Shown here: positions 34,628 to 46,598 of the stretch, one piece after another | Position numbering within the stretch: position 1 is the first letter of the stretch | Layout: every line of letters begins with the position of its first letter | Source of the DNA: a bacterium | GTDB taxonomy: Bacteria; UBA8248 | Direction: 5' to 3' | DNA: 64,000 bases | Assembly (NCBI GenBank): GCA_965202625.1 | Contig: CBDBBI010000010.1 | Coordinates: forward strand, 256,001-320,000 | Notes under the pieces: generated by a model | Databases searched by the model: none | Told to the model about the DNA's origin: nothing | The model's input: only the letters and a program-made list of their open reading frames with translations | Made by a program: the position numbers and the translations under genes

Positions 34628-35225
34628 ATGCGAACGATAGACTTGAATGGGGGGACGGCTAGCCTTGGAGAGATATCCATTGAGTCGATCTATCACGCCG
34701 ACCTCCGCTACGTGGAGAAGATTGAGGAGGCGAAGTGCGGAGAAACTTCGTCACTCGGTCTTATGGTGCTCGATCAGATAACACGCCCGTGATCACCCAC
34801 TATGGTGTCGTCTCCAAGGGAACGGAGCCGATAACATGAGTATGGCCGCGCGTATGCTCAAACCCTCCGATGGCCGGAAGGTTGTCATCCGGGCGGGCGT
34901 CGACCGCGTTTTCGAGTCGGGGGGGGAATCCATGTCCCCCCGTTTTGCTGGGTGTCGGTCTCGGAGGTTCCATTGAGAAGATGGCGCTGCAAGCCAAATG
35001 GGTGCTGTTTCGGGAACTGGGCGCGCCGAACCTCGACCCTCCCGTTGCCGAACTAGAGGGCGACATTCTCGATGTGGTCAACAGGACGGGCGTGGGGCCA
35101 ATCCGTATGGGCGGCGAGACCACTTGCGTCGCCGTACATGTCGAGACCTACACCTGCCACATCGGGGCGTTGCCGATTTGTGTGAACGTGGAGTGTCACG
35201 CGCATCGCCACACACCGAAGCGGTG
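34628..35225 (+). pseudogene. Fe-S fumarate hydratase (class I, split type) alpha subunit, degraded
   Basis: MRTID start, large internal loss and frameshifts; retains GGNPCPP.LLGVGLGG, VNRTGVGP..MGGETT and CHIGALPICVNVECHAHRH. Confidence 0.85.
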
Positions 35226-35231
35226 CGCTGA

Positions 35232-35770
35232 ATGCGGGCACTCGACCTGCCGCTCAAACATGAAGTGGTGGCGTCCCTCCAGATGTGCGAGTTGAGCGGC
35301 GTTCTCTACATGACGCGCAACGCTGCGCACAAACGTATGATAGAGGGGGCGGCCCGCGGAGAGTCCCTACCTATTGAAGTGGCGGGCCAGGTAATCTTCT
35401 ACGTGGGGCTGACACCATCGAAGCCCGGACAGATCATCCGCTCAGCGGGGCCCACGACGAGCGGTTGCATGTGCGGATATACCCCAAAATGCAGGAGCTT
35501 GGCCTCACTGAAATGATAGGTAGGGGGGAACAGAAACCAGGCGGTGGTGGAGGCCATTGCGCGCCGCCGCTCCGTGTATTTCGTCGCCGCCGTCGACGCG
35601 ACGGCCGCCCTGCTGGCGGAGCGTGTCAGGGAGGTCGAGCTGGTCGCGTATGGAGAAATTGGGAACCGAGGCGATCCGCCGGCTGGTGGTCGAGAAACTT
35701 CCTGTGGTGGTCGCCGTGGGCGCGATATTTTTGCAGAGGGCTTCAAGGCGTTTTCGAAAAAAGAGGTGTG
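35232..35770 (+). pseudogene. Fe-S fumarate hydratase beta subunit, frameshifted
   Basis: RNAAHKRM, IFYVG, SAGPTTS in one frame; MIGRG, YFVA..A.AALLA and LGTEAIRRLVVE in other frames. Confidence 0.85.
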
Positions 35771-35839
35771 AACAGAGGGAAACCCGGCTCTGATTTTCGA
35801 TGGAGCATTCATTTTTCTCGTCAACCCTGGGGAGGTTGA

Positions 35840-37000
35840 ATGAACATCCATGAGTATCAAGGCAAGGAGTTGCTCAGAAAATACGGCGTGCCCGTTCCGA
35901 GGGGTGGTGTCGCCGAAACTGCGGACGAGGCGGAGCGCATCGCCGCCGACTTGGGAGGAGCTGTGGTCGTCAAGGCGCAGATCCACGCCGGCGGACGCGG
36001 TAAGGGTGGCGGCGTCAAACTAGCGAATACGCCGGCGCAGGCGCGGAAGACGGCCTCTCAGATTCTGGGCATGACGCTGGTGACGCACCAGACGGGGCCG
36101 GAGGGTCGCCTGGTCAAGAAGGTATGGGTGGAGGAGGCGAGTGAGATCGAGCGCGAGCTCTACCTCGGCATTGTTTTGGATCGAGCCATGGCCCGCCCCA
36201 CCATCATGGCGAGCACCGTGGGCGGAATGGATATTGAGGAGGTGGCCAGAAAAACGCCCGAGAAGCTCCTTAAAACGCCTATTGACCCGGCGCTCTCCGT
36301 CTGGCCCTCGACGGCGCGTCGCGTCGTCTATGGGTTGGGTTTGCCCGATGGCCTCGTTCGGGAGGGCGTTGCGTTCGTTTCAAATCTCTACAGGTTCTAC
36401 GATGAGATGGACGCTTCCCTCGTTGAGGTCAACCCCCTAGTGCAGACGAAGGACGGACGCCTCGTGGCGCTGGATGCCAAGGTGAATTTTGACGACAACG
36501 CCCTCTACCGACACGAGGACGTGGCCGCGATGCGTGACGAGGACGAGGAGGACCCGCTCGAGGTCGAGGCGTCTCGTTTCGACTTGAACTACATCAAGCT
36601 TGACGGATCGGTCGCCTGTATGGTGAACGGGGCGGGTCTCGCCATGGCGACGATGGACATCATCAATCTCGCCGGTGCCGCGCCCGCGAATTTCCTCGAC
36701 GTGGGCGGCGGAGCGAGTAGGGAGATGGTGGAGAACGCTTTCCGCATTCTCATGGATGATCCGGACGTGAAGGCCGTCTTCATCAACATCTTTGGAGGCA
36801 TCCTGCGTTGCGACGTTCTGGCCGAGGGCGTCGTGGAGGCGGTCAAGAGCGTGAACGTGAACGTGCCCGTCATCATACGCATGGAGGGGACGAACGTAGA
36901 GAAGGGGCGCGAGATACTCGAAGGCTCGGGTCTTGATTTCACTGTGGGCAATGACATGGCCGATTCCGCCGAGAAGGTGGTCGCGGCCCTTAAACGCTAG
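35840..37000 (+). CDS. sucC: Succinyl-CoA synthetase beta subunit
   Basis: [35 protein letters not shown]. Confidence 0.98.
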   Translation: MNIHEYQGKELLRKYGVPVPRGGVAETADEAERIAADLGGAVVVKAQIHAGGRGKGGGVKLANTPAQARKTASQILGMTLVTHQTGPEGRLVKKVWVEEASEIERELYLGIVLDRAMARPTIMASTVGGMDIEEVARKTPEKLLKTPIDPALSVWPSTARRVVYGLGLPDGLVREGVAFVSNLYRFYDEMDASLVEVNPLVQTKDGRLVALDAKVNFDDNALYRHEDVAAMRDEDEEDPLEVEASRFDLNYIKLDGSVACMVNGAGLAMATMDIINLAGAAPANFLDVGGGASREMVENAFRILMDDPDVKAVFINIFGGILRCDVLAEGVVEAVKSVNVNVPVIIRMEGTNVEKGREILEGSGLDFTVGNDMADSAEKVVAALKR

Positions 37001-37005
37001 GGGGC

Positions 37006-37908
37006 GTGGGTTTGGGTATTTTAGTGGACAGGGAAACGCGCATCCTCGTGCAGGGCATGACCGGGCGCGAGGGAGGTTTTCACGCTGCGCAGTGCCAGAA
37101 ATACAGTCGAGAGTTCGCGGGCGGGGGTGGTGGCGTGGTGGCCGGCGTGACGCCCGGCAAAGGGGGACAGGAGGTGCAGGGCGTGCCTGTGTTTCACACG
37201 GTAGCCGACGCGGTGGACGCGACGGGGGCGAACACCGCGCTCATCTTCGTGCCGCCTCCCTTCGCGGCGGACGCCATCGTGGAGGCCGTGGACGCCGGAG
37301 TTCCGCTTGTGGTGTGTATCACTGAGGGTATCCCTGTGCGCGACATGGTGTACGTCAAGCGTCATATGGAGGGGGGCGGTGCCGTCCTTATCGGTCCCAA
37401 CTGTCCCGGCATCATCACCCCCGGCGGCTGTAAGATGGGCATCATGCCGGGCCATATTCACCGAGAAGGCTCTATCGGCGTTATTTCGAAGAGCGGTACG
37501 CTCACCTATGAGGTGGTCGCTCAGCTCACGGCGCAGGGACTCGGACAAAGCACCTGCGTGGGCATCGGCGGCGACCCCGTCATCGGCGCGACCTACGTCG
37601 ATCTGCTACGCAGGTTCGAAGCCGACCCCGTCACGGAGGCCATCATCATGATAGGGGAGATCGGCGGCTCCGCCGAGCAGGACGCGGCGCGGTGGGCGAG
37701 GGAGAACGTCTGTAAGCCCCTGGTGGGCTTCGTCGCGGGGCAGACGGCGCCTCCGGGCCGGCGCATGGGCCATGCTGGCGCGATCATCTCAGGCGGAGAG
37801 GGCGCGGCGGACGAGAAGATGCGGGTCATGGCTGAATGCGGTGTTCACGTCGCTGAAAGCCCAGCCGACATGGGACTTACTATGTCCCGGGCGCTCGGCC
37901 GGACCTAG
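37006..37908 (+). CDS. sucD: Succinyl-CoA synthetase alpha subunit
   Basis: [27 protein letters not shown]. Confidence 0.98.
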   Translation: MGLGILVDRETRILVQGMTGREGGFHAAQCQKYSREFAGGGGGVVAGVTPGKGGQEVQGVPVFHTVADAVDATGANTALIFVPPPFAADAIVEAVDAGVPLVVCITEGIPVRDMVYVKRHMEGGGAVLIGPNCPGIITPGGCKMGIMPGHIHREGSIGVISKSGTLTYEVVAQLTAQGLGQSTCVGIGGDPVIGATYVDLLRRFEADPVTEAIIMIGEIGGSAEQDAARWARENVCKPLVGFVAGQTAPPGRRMGHAGAIISGGEGAADEKMRVMAECGVHVAESPADMGLTMSRALGRT

Positions 37909-37949
37909 CGACCACACAGCTAGCCGATCACACAGGAGAAGGAAACGCC

Positions 37950-38372
37950 ATGGAGCGTACATTCGCGATGATTAAGCCCGACGCCGCCGAGCGCGGCCTT
38001 TGCGGCAGGATTCTGGCGCGCATTGAGGAGGAGGGTTTTGGGGTTGTGGGTATGAAACTCGTGCGCATGTCGAAAGACCAGGCCGAGGGTTTCTACGCGG
38101 TGCACAGGGAGCGCCCCTTCTTTGGCGATCTCACGGTGTTCATGTCCTCGGGCCGGACCGTGGTGCTCGCCCTTGAGCGTGAGGACGCCATCCGGCGTTG
38201 GCGCGAGGTCATGGGCGCGACGAACCCTTCGGAAGCCGCGCCAGGAACGATTCGCGCGGAATTCGGCGAGAGCATCGAGTGCAACTCCACGCACGGCTCC
38301 GATGCGCCCGCCGCCGCCGCCTTTGAACTCGCCTTTTGGTTTTCGGGCGCGGAGCTGCCCGCGCTTCGGTGA
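37950..38372 (+). CDS. ndk: Nucleoside-diphosphate kinase
   Basis: [28 protein letters not shown]. Confidence 0.97.
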   Translation: MERTFAMIKPDAAERGLCGRILARIEEEGFGVVGMKLVRMSKDQAEGFYAVHRERPFFGDLTVFMSSGRTVVLALEREDAIRRWREVMGATNPSEAAPGTIRAEFGESIECNSTHGSDAPAAAAFELAFWFSGAELPALR

Positions 38373-38409
38373 GTGTCCATCCGTTGCGATTCCAGGGAGA
38401 AGCCTGAAA

Positions 38410-39183
38410 ATGCGCTTGAGGGAGAAAGTCGCCATCGTCACCGGAGCAGGGCAGGGAATCGGAAAAGCCATCGCCCTAGCGTTCGCGCGCGAGGGTGCCA
38501 GAGTCGCGCTCGCTGCGCGGACGCTTGAGAACCTGGAGGATACAGCCGCGCGAATGCTAGACGGCGCCTCCCTCGTCGTTCCCACTGATCTCACGGACGA
38601 GACTGCGATTCAAAACCTCGTGGAGAGGACGCGTGCCGAATTCGGAACGATCGACATCCTCGTGAACAACTCCGGCGTCGCCGGCCCCACGAAGGCGTGT
38701 GAGGACGTCTCGCGAGAGGAGTGGATTGAATGCTTCGAGGTTAACGTCACCGGCGCCTTTTTGATGACGAAATACGTCATTCCCGTGATGAAGGAGAGAA
38801 GGTGGGGGCGCATCCTCAATATCAGTTCGATGAGCGGCAAGCGTCCGTTGCCGAATCGGACTCCCTATACGGCTTCGAAAATGGCGATCATCGGTTTGAC
38901 GCGCACCCTCGCATTTGAACTCGGCCCATACGGAATCACAGTGAACGCGGTTTGCCCCGGCGCCACCTCCGGCCCGAGAATTGACAGCGTCATCGAGAAC
39001 ATGGCGCGGAGTTTCGGGACCACGTTCGAGGAGGCGAAGAAGACGTTCACAGAGCCAGGTGCCCTGCAGACGCTTGTGGACGCAGAGGATCACGCCGCCC
39101 TGTGCGTGTTTCTGGCTTCAGAGGGGGGGGGGCGTATGACCGCCCAGGACATCAACGTGACGGGCGGGCTCGTCTGGTATTAG
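38410..39183 (+). CDS. SDR family oxidoreductase
   Basis: [24 protein letters not shown]. Confidence 0.92.
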   Translation: MRLREKVAIVTGAGQGIGKAIALAFAREGARVALAARTLENLEDTAARMLDGASLVVPTDLTDETAIQNLVERTRAEFGTIDILVNNSGVAGPTKACEDVSREEWIECFEVNVTGAFLMTKYVIPVMKERRWGRILNISSMSGKRPLPNRTPYTASKMAIIGLTRTLAFELGPYGITVNAVCPGATSGPRIDSVIENMARSFGTTFEEAKKTFTEPGALQTLVDAEDHAALCVFLASEGGGRMTAQDINVTGGLVWY

Positions 39184-39310
39184 GAATGACCGTCGCCTCG
39201 CCCTTCTTGCAAGGCGGCGTTGCGATTCGCCCAACTCGTTTTCTGCGTACAAAGGAGTGGCGGGTTTCACGTGGGGAAAGGACGAACGGCGTCGCGCGCC
39301 GGAAGAATAT

Positions 39311-42121
39311 ATGTCGTCTCTGAATGGTAGTACGAGGCGGGAGAGAAAAATTCGCGTCCGGGGTGCGCGCGAGCACAACCTCAAGAACTTGAACCTCGAG
39401 ATGCCGCGCGAGAAGCTCATCGTCATCACGGGACTGAGCGGGTCAGGGAAGAGCTCCCTCGCCTTCGACACTCTCTATGGTGAGGGTCAGCGCAGATACG
39501 TCGAATCCCTCTCCGCCTACGCGCGGCAGTTCATCGATCAGATCGGTAAGCCCGACGTAGATTCGATTGAGGGTCTTTCCCCCACCATCGCGATTGAGCA
39601 AAAGACGGTGAGTAAGAACCCGCGCTCCACCGTCGGCACGGTCACGGAGACTTACGATCATCTACGGCTTCTCTACGCGCGCCTGGGGCTGCCGCACTGT
39701 CCTTCGTGCGGACAATCGATGAACGCGCTCAACGTAGAGCAGATGGTGAGCCGCGCGATGGGTCTGGGGCCGGGAAAGAAGTTGGAAATTCTCGCCCCCA
39801 TCGTGCGGGGCCGCAAGGGGATATACCGCAGAGAGCTCGAGGACCTGGAGCGCAAGGGATATTTAAGGGTGCGGGTGGACGGCGATTTTTTCAGGCTCGG
39901 CGAGGATATTCCGCTCAAGCGCCATATGACCCATAACATTGAGGCGGCGGTTGATCACGTCGTCCTGCGATCAGGCGTGGAAAGGCGCCTTGGCGAATCT
40001 ATTCAGGCGGCGCTCGGCCTTGCGAGAGGTTTGGTCATTCTCCTAGGGGATGACGGCGCCGAGTATCTCTTCAGCGAGGAGTGCGCCTGTGCGAGGTGCG
40101 GCGTGACCGTTCCCGAGATGGCCCCGCGCATGTTCTCCTTTAATAGTCCCTACGGCTCGTGTCCGGAGTGCGACGGTCTTGGCGTGGTTCGCCGGATGGA
40201 CGAGGCGAAGATCGTTCCCGATCCGCATTGCACGTTGGATGAGGGTGCCATCGTCCCGCTCGCGGGGAAGAGGGGTTTTCTGGTTTCCGCTGTGCGCGCG
40301 TTTATGAAGGCGGAGAAGATTCCCGGGGACAGACCTTATGCGAAGCTATCGAAAAGACACAAGAAACTCCTGCTCTACGGGAAGGGGCGCGCGCGGGAGC
40401 GCGCCTTTCCTGGAATCGTGCCTGCTCTCGCCGAGCGGGCGGAGAATACGGCGAGCGGTGGACATAGGGCGGAGCTGGAAAAATACATGAGTGGCATGCC
40501 CTGCCAGGCTTGCGGGGGGGGGCGTTTGAAACCGGAGAGCCTCGCCGTGACCTATGGCGGCAAGAGCATCGCGGATGTCGCCGCGATGAGTGTCAAGGAC
40601 GCGCGCGCCTTTTTCGAAGGGCAAAACCGTGCAGACGGGAATGACCCCGTGGCGGAGCGAATTTTGGGGGAAATCCTCAGCCGGCTCGAGTTTCTAGAAA
40701 ACGTGGGGCTGAACTATCTGACGCTTGACAGGCCCTCCGCCACGCTCGCCGGAGGTGAGGGCCAGCGTATTAGGCTGGCAAGTCAGATGGGCACCAGCCT
40801 TGTGGGTGTCCTCTACGTGCTCGATGAACCGAGCATCGGCCTGCATCAGCGCGATAATCGTCGTCTTCTCGATACTCTGCGTCGACTCCGTGACATGGGC
40901 AACACGATCATCGTGGTCGAGCACGACAGAGAGACCATCGAATCGGCGGACTACGTGTTGGATCTGGGGCCCGGCGCGGGCGAGAGTGGCGGATACCTCG
41001 TGGCCTGCGGCGCGCCCGACGATATTCGTTCGACGCCGGGTTCGCTGACGGGGCGCTACTTGACCGGCGCGGTCGAGATCTCCCCCCCGATCCGACGGCG
41101 TGTGTCCAACGACCAGCGTATCCTCATTCGAGGGGCGCGGCAGCACAACCTGAAAAACGTGGATGTGGGTTTTCCGCTCGGTTTGTTGATATGCGTTACC
41201 GGCGTGAGCGGTAGCGGCAAGAGTACCTTAGTGGACGAGATTCTCTATCGTGCGCTCTCCCGGCGGATATATCGCTCGCTCGCCGCGCCTGGAGCGCACG
41301 AATCTATTGAGGGGGCGGACCTCGTCGACAAGGTCATTGCCATCGATCAGTCTCCCATTGGACGAACGCCCAGGAGCAATCCGGCGACCTACGCCGGCGT
41401 GTTCTCCCCCATCCGGAGCCTTTTCGCGCAGGTGCCCGAGGCGAGAAAGCGCGGCTATGCGCCCGGTCGCTTCAGTTTCAACGTGCGGGGGGGGCGTTGC
41501 GAGACTTGCCAGGGGGACGGTTATATTCGTTTGGAGATGCATTTTTTACCTGATTTGTTCGTGTGTTGCTCGGAATGCCTGGGCAGGCGCTTCAATCGAG
41601 ACACGCTGGACGTCCGCTACAAGGGCCGAAACGTCGCCGAGACGCTGGAGATGACGGTGGACGAGGCGTTGGCGTTCTTCGAGAACATCAATACCGTGCG
41701 CTGGAAGATGAAAACGCTCCAGGACGTCGGACTGGGCTATCTGCGCCTGGGCCAGTCCGCCACGACCCTGAGCGGAGGGGAGGCGCAGCGAATCAAACTC
41801 GCAAGGGAGCTCGCCAAAAGAGCCACTGGCAGGACAGTCTACATTCTCGATGAGCCGACGACGGGCTTACATTTCGCCGATATTGAAAACTTGCTGGGCG
41901 TCCTGCATCGTCTGGTCGAGGAGGGCAACACCGTGGTCGTCATCGAGCACAACCTCGACGTCATTAAATCGGCCGACCACATCATTGATTTGGGTCCTGG
42001 GGGTGGGGAGGAAGGCGGATACCTGATCGCCGAGGGCCCGCCTGAACGCATCGCTGAAATCGAGGCCTCTGCGACGGGCGTTTCCTTGCGCGAGGCGCTG
42101 AACGGCGTGCCTTCCGGCTAG
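39311..42121 (+). CDS. uvrA: Excinuclease ABC subunit A
   Basis: GAREHNLKN, two ABC ATPase modules with zinc fingers, [12 protein letters not shown]. Confidence 0.98.
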   Translation: MSSLNGSTRRERKIRVRGAREHNLKNLNLEMPREKLIVITGLSGSGKSSLAFDTLYGEGQRRYVESLSAYARQFIDQIGKPDVDSIEGLSPTIAIEQKTVSKNPRSTVGTVTETYDHLRLLYARLGLPHCPSCGQSMNALNVEQMVSRAMGLGPGKKLEILAPIVRGRKGIYRRELEDLERKGYLRVRVDGDFFRLGEDIPLKRHMTHNIEAAVDHVVLRSGVERRLGESIQAALGLARGLVILLGDDGAEYLFSEECACARCGVTVPEMAPRMFSFNSPYGSCPECDGLGVVRRMDEAKIVPDPHCTLDEGAIVPLAGKRGFLVSAVRAFMKAEKIPGDRPYAKLSKRHKKLLLYGKGRARERAFPGIVPALAERAENTASGGHRAELEKYMSGMPCQACGGGRLKPESLAVTYGGKSIADVAAMSVKDARAFFEGQNRADGNDPVAERILGEILSRLEFLENVGLNYLTLDRPSATLAGGEGQRIRLASQMGTSLVGVLYVLDEPSIGLHQRDNRRLLDTLRRLRDMGNTIIVVEHDRETIESADYVLDLGPGAGESGGYLVACGAPDDIRSTPGSLTGRYLTGAVEISPPIRRRVSNDQRILIRGARQHNLKNVDVGFPLGLLICVTGVSGSGKSTLVDEILYRALSRRIYRSLAAPGAHESIEGADLVDKVIAIDQSPIGRTPRSNPATYAGVFSPIRSLFAQVPEARKRGYAPGRFSFNVRGGRCETCQGDGYIRLEMHFLPDLFVCCSECLGRRFNRDTLDVRYKGRNVAETLEMTVDEALAFFENINTVRWKMKTLQDVGLGYLRLGQSATTLSGGEAQRIKLARELAKRATGRTVYILDEPTTGLHFADIENLLGVLHRLVEEGNTVVVIEHNLDVIKSADHIIDLGPGGGEEGGYLIAEGPPERIAEIEASATGVSLREALNGVPSG

Positions 42122-42133
42122 CCGTCTCCGCCC

Positions 42134-42937
42134 ATGGACTCCTTGAAGTCCCGTTGCCTCGTCATCTGGATAGAGTACGAGGGTGGGAATTTTCACGGCT
42201 GGCAGGTCCAGCCCGGCCAGAGAACCGTGCAGGGCGAGATAGAGGGTGCGCTCACGCAGATGTGCGGAGAGGCGATACGGATCGTCGGCTCGGGCCGCAC
42301 CGACACCGGCGTCCACGCCTGGGGACAGGTGGCCCACTTCCACACCGCTTCGCAAATCGCGCCCTCCAGAGTGAGAATCGGCCTCAACGCCATGATAGGC
42401 GCAGATGTTTCCATTCTGGATTGTAGGGAGGCGCCCGGCCGTTTTCACGCCCAGTTTGACGCTCTCCGAAAGACGTATCACTACCGGGTGCTCAACCGTC
42501 GCTCTCCCAGTGCTATGCGCCGTCGCTACACCTGGCACGTCCGCAGGCGTCTCGATGTGGAAGCCATGCGGCAGGCGGCGGAAATTCTGAAGGGTGAGCA
42601 CGATTTCGCTAGCTTTTGCCGGGAGAAGGGGAGGCCCGACGACACCGTCCGCCGCCTTGAGCGTCTGGACGTGGAGCGCTTGGACGATGAGGTGGTGATC
42701 GAGGCGACGGCGGAAGGGTTCTTGCGCCGCATGGTGAGAAACCTGGTGGGCGCCCTGGTGGAGGTGGGCCGTGGAGAGCGCGCGGCGGATTCGATGCGCG
42801 CGATGCTCGCCGGCAAGCACCGGAGCTTGGCGGGCATCGCCGCCCCACCCCAGGGACTGGCACTGGTTTGCGTGGAGTATGGGGAGAAGTTGCCGCCGAG
42901 CGACGCTCCGGGGCCGGAGCAGCCCCCGAATGCTTGA
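42134..42937 (+). CDS. truA: tRNA pseudouridine(38-40) synthase
   Basis: FHGWQ.Q, GSGRTDTGVHA.GQV, FL..MVR, APPQGL. Confidence 0.96.
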   Translation: MDSLKSRCLVIWIEYEGGNFHGWQVQPGQRTVQGEIEGALTQMCGEAIRIVGSGRTDTGVHAWGQVAHFHTASQIAPSRVRIGLNAMIGADVSILDCREAPGRFHAQFDALRKTYHYRVLNRRSPSAMRRRYTWHVRRRLDVEAMRQAAEILKGEHDFASFCREKGRPDDTVRRLERLDVERLDDEVVIEATAEGFLRRMVRNLVGALVEVGRGERAADSMRAMLAGKHRSLAGIAAPPQGLALVCVEYGEKLPPSDAPGPEQPPNA

Positions 42938-42963
42938 CGGCTTCTCAAAAAATGGTCTATGGT
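42934..42963 (+). promoter_or_regulatory. Putative sigma70 promoter of the trp leader
   Basis: TTGACG, 18 nt spacer, TATGGT. Confidence 0.55.
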
Positions 42964-43005
42964 GAGAGTAAGTATATGTGGGAGAGATTAGCGGGAGGGA
43001 TCGAG

Positions 43006-43077
43006 ATGAGCGCGCATGAAAAAGATACGGAGGTTTGGCCTTGGCGACTTCCCGTCAAATGGGGGCGCGCGCCATAA
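43006..43077 (+). CDS. trpL: Trp leader peptide (MSAHEKDTEVWPWRLPVKWGRAP)
   Basis: GGGAGGG RBS; three TGG codons in 23 aa; upstream of trpE with alternative pairings. Confidence 0.75.
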   Translation: MSAHEKDTEVWPWRLPVKWGRAP

Positions 43078-43117
43078 TAAGGTCAATCGTCGGAGCGTTT
43101 GGTCATCGAATCCTCTG

Positions 43118-43152
43118 AGCCATGGCGGCCCACCCGGTCCCATGGTTTTTTT
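43118..43152 (+). terminator. trp attenuator terminator
   Basis: AGCCATGG/CCATGGTT stem followed by a T7 run. Confidence 0.75.
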
Positions 43153-43204
43153 GCTTTTCGGCCATGGAGGCGAGGCGTCTCCTTAAGAGACGCCTTGAGC
43201 AGAG

Positions 43205-44725
43205 ATGAACGCAGGAAATCATGCGCCAGATAAGGAAGCTTTCCTCGCGCTCGCAGAGCGGGGAAATATTGTGCCCGTCTACCGGGAGATACTGGCCGAT
43301 CTTGATACGCCCGTATCTGCCTACTTGAAAATCGTGGATGCTTCCTATTCCTTTTTGCTCGAAAGCGTCGAGGGTGGGGAGAAATGGGCGCGCTACACCT
43401 TTCTGGGGAGCGAGCCTTCCCTCGTCTTTGAAAGCAAGGGACTGCGCGTGCGCATCACGCGGGAGGGAGAGAGCGAGACGCGCGCCGTGGAGGATCCCAT
43501 TGATGCGTTGAGAGATGTGATGCGGCCCTACCGTCCCGTCGATATTCCTGGCCTGCCGAGGTTTTGGGGAGGGGCCATCGGCTACATGGGGTATGACGCC
43601 GCTCGCTTCATCGAGCGTCTGCCCGAGCGCGCCCATGATGATCTCGAACTGCCCGAGTTGCTGTTCATGGTCACGAAGTCTTTGGTCATATTCGACAGCG
43701 TCGCCCAGAAGATTTATGTCCTTGCCCACGCCCACGTCAGGGATAAGGGTCCCGAATCTGCCTACGAGGAGGCGTGCGCCCGCGTGAACGCTCTCATCGA
43801 GAGGCTGCGGGGGCCTTCCGTCGCCCCGCCGCCTCCGCCCGAGGCCGCGTCCGCCCGAGATGCGGGCGGGCATCCTGTCGAGGAGGTACCGGGGCTTCGT
43901 TCGTCGTTCACGCGCGAGGGTTTCAAGAGGGCGGTCGCTGATGCTGTGGAGCGCATTCACGCAGGCGAGGCGATTCAGATTGTGCTCTCCCAGCGTCTTG
44001 AATGTGCTCTGGACGTACACCCCTTCTCTATCTATCGAGCACTCCGGACGGTCAATCCCTCCCCCTACATGTTCTATCTCAAACTCGGCGAGGTCACCCT
44101 CGTCGGCGCGTCGCCCGAGGTGCTCGTGAGGCTTGAGGGGGAGCGGGTCGAGGTGCGGCCCATCGCCGGAACGCGCCGGAGGGGTGCGGATGAGGCGGAG
44201 GATCTGGTGCTGGCGGACGAGCTTCTCGCTGACGAGAAGGAGCGCGCCGAACACATCATGCTCGTCGATTTGGGACGAAACGACGTCGGTCGCGTTTGTG
44301 AGCGCGGCACGGTTCGGGTCACCGAGCAGATGGTGATAGAGCGCTACTCTCACGTCATGCACATTGTGAGTAACGTGGTGGGGGAGCTGGCCGAGGGCAA
44401 GGATGCCTTCGACGTGCTGCGGGCCGCCTTTCCGGCGGGCACGGTCTCGGGCGCGCCCAAGGTGCGCGCCATGGAGATCATCGATGAAACGGAGCCCGTG
44501 CGCAGGGGACCCTACGCCGGCGCGGTGGGTTATTTCGGTTTCGGCGGTAGCATGGACACCTGCATCGCCATTCGCACGCTCTATGCGCGCGGGGACAGGC
44601 TCTACCTCCAAGTGGGAGCGGGCATCGTGGCCGACTCCAATCCGGATTTTGAATATGAGGAAACTATGAACAAGGCCCGCGGCGCCCTCCGCGCCTTGGA
44701 GGTGGCGCGAAGCGGGCTTCTTTAG
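43205..44725 (+). CDS. trpE: Anthranilate synthase component I
   Basis: LLESVEGGE, NPSPYM, PIAGT, EHIMLVDLGRND, GTVSGAPK. Confidence 0.97.
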   Translation: MNAGNHAPDKEAFLALAERGNIVPVYREILADLDTPVSAYLKIVDASYSFLLESVEGGEKWARYTFLGSEPSLVFESKGLRVRITREGESETRAVEDPIDALRDVMRPYRPVDIPGLPRFWGGAIGYMGYDAARFIERLPERAHDDLELPELLFMVTKSLVIFDSVAQKIYVLAHAHVRDKGPESAYEEACARVNALIERLRGPSVAPPPPPEAASARDAGGHPVEEVPGLRSSFTREGFKRAVADAVERIHAGEAIQIVLSQRLECALDVHPFSIYRALRTVNPSPYMFYLKLGEVTLVGASPEVLVRLEGERVEVRPIAGTRRRGADEAEDLVLADELLADEKERAEHIMLVDLGRNDVGRVCERGTVRVTEQMVIERYSHVMHIVSNVVGELAEGKDAFDVLRAAFPAGTVSGAPKVRAMEIIDETEPVRRGPYAGAVGYFGFGGSMDTCIAIRTLYARGDRLYLQVGAGIVADSNPDFEYEETMNKARGALRALEVARSGLL

Positions 44726-44734
44726 CGGGAGCGC

Positions 44735-45325
<591 letters not shown>

Positions 45326-45396
45326 GGGGGGACGTGCGGACGCGGTATGGTGTCGGCGAAATGGATGATCTTACGGCCTGATGAGGGTGTGCGTCC

Positions 45397-46407
45397 ATGA
45401 TTCAGAAAGCCATTGGAAAACTCGTGGAAGGCCGCCACCTCAGCGCAGATGAGGCTGAGGAGGCGATGGATCTCATCATGACGGGCGAGGCGACCCAGGC
45501 CCAAATCGGTGCGTATCTCGTGGCGTTGCGGATGGCGGGAGAGACGCCGGAGGAAATCGCGGGTAGCGTTCGATCCATGCGGGCGAAGGCGACGTGGGTG
45601 AGGACGAAACAACCTTTCGTGGTCGACATCGTGGGCACGGGCGGGGACGGTGTCCATACCTTCAACATTAGCACGAGTGCCGCCATCGTCGTGGCGGCGG
45701 CGGGCCAGCCGGTGGCTAAGCACGGTAACCGCGCCGTGTCGAGCAAGTCGGGTGCCGCCGACGTTCTAAGGGCGCTGGGCGTCAACATTGAGGCTTCGCC
45801 TGAGAGGGTGAGCACGTGTCTCGACGAGGTGGGCTTCGGTTTCCTGTTCGCCCCAATGTTGCACGGCGCGATGAAGCACGCGATCGGGCCGAGGGGTGAG
45901 CTCGCGATGCGGAGCATATTCAACGTGATGGGCCCGCTCACGAATCCCGCGCGCGCTCAGAGCCAGCTGGTGGGTGTCTACGCTCCCGAACTCACGGAAC
46001 TAATGGCGGACGTCCTGCGCCAGGTGGGTTGTCAGAAGGCGCTGGTCGTACACGGATCGGACGGGATGGACGAGGTGACGCTCACCGGCCCCACGCGCGT
46101 GTCAGAGTGGGATGGAAGCGTGATAAAGACGTATGATGTCGCTCCCGAGGACGCCGGCCTCAAGAGGGCGGACGCGGACGCCATCAAGGGAGGCGCGCCG
46201 GAAGAGAACGCGGAGATCACGCGCGCGATCCTCGCAGGAGAGCGCGGCCCCAGACGTGACGTCGTGCTGCTCAACGCCGCCGCCGCCCTCATCGCCGCGA
46301 ACCGCGTGGAGTACTTGGCGGAGGGCGTTCGGCAGGCGGCCTCGGCGATAGATTCTGGCGAGGCGTCCCGAGTACTAGCGCGTCTTGTGGAGGCGTCGAA
46401 CTCCTGA
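45397..46407 (+). CDS. trpD: Anthranilate phosphoribosyltransferase
   Basis: GTGGDG..TFNIST, KHGNR, GPLTNP. Confidence 0.97.
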   Translation: MIQKAIGKLVEGRHLSADEAEEAMDLIMTGEATQAQIGAYLVALRMAGETPEEIAGSVRSMRAKATWVRTKQPFVVDIVGTGGDGVHTFNISTSAAIVVAAAGQPVAKHGNRAVSSKSGAADVLRALGVNIEASPERVSTCLDEVGFGFLFAPMLHGAMKHAIGPRGELAMRSIFNVMGPLTNPARAQSQLVGVYAPELTELMADVLRQVGCQKALVVHGSDGMDEVTLTGPTRVSEWDGSVIKTYDVAPEDAGLKRADADAIKGGAPEENAEITRAILAGERGPRRDVVLLNAAAALIAANRVEYLAEGVRQAASAIDSGEASRVLARLVEASNS

Positions 46408-46598
46408 GGGCAGGCGTATATGGTTCTCTTTGACGTTGCTGGTGTGCCCTTTGATAGGGAAGCGTGCTGTGTGGTGTGAATACCTGGCGGCGCGTTTCTG
46501 GGTTCCGCGTAAAGGTGTCCCGGAATAAATAGGTGCATGGGAGGCGAGCGTATCCGCTTTCATCTTGTGAGTGGAGGCCTCGGTGGAAAGGTGGGAAC

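Noticed and set aside
43103-44611. 502-aa antisense ORF opposite trpE (also 60339-61877 opposite aroK/aroC and 12263-13375 opposite carA)
   Set aside because: Typical high-GC antisense shadows with low-information composition; they overlap well-supported genes.
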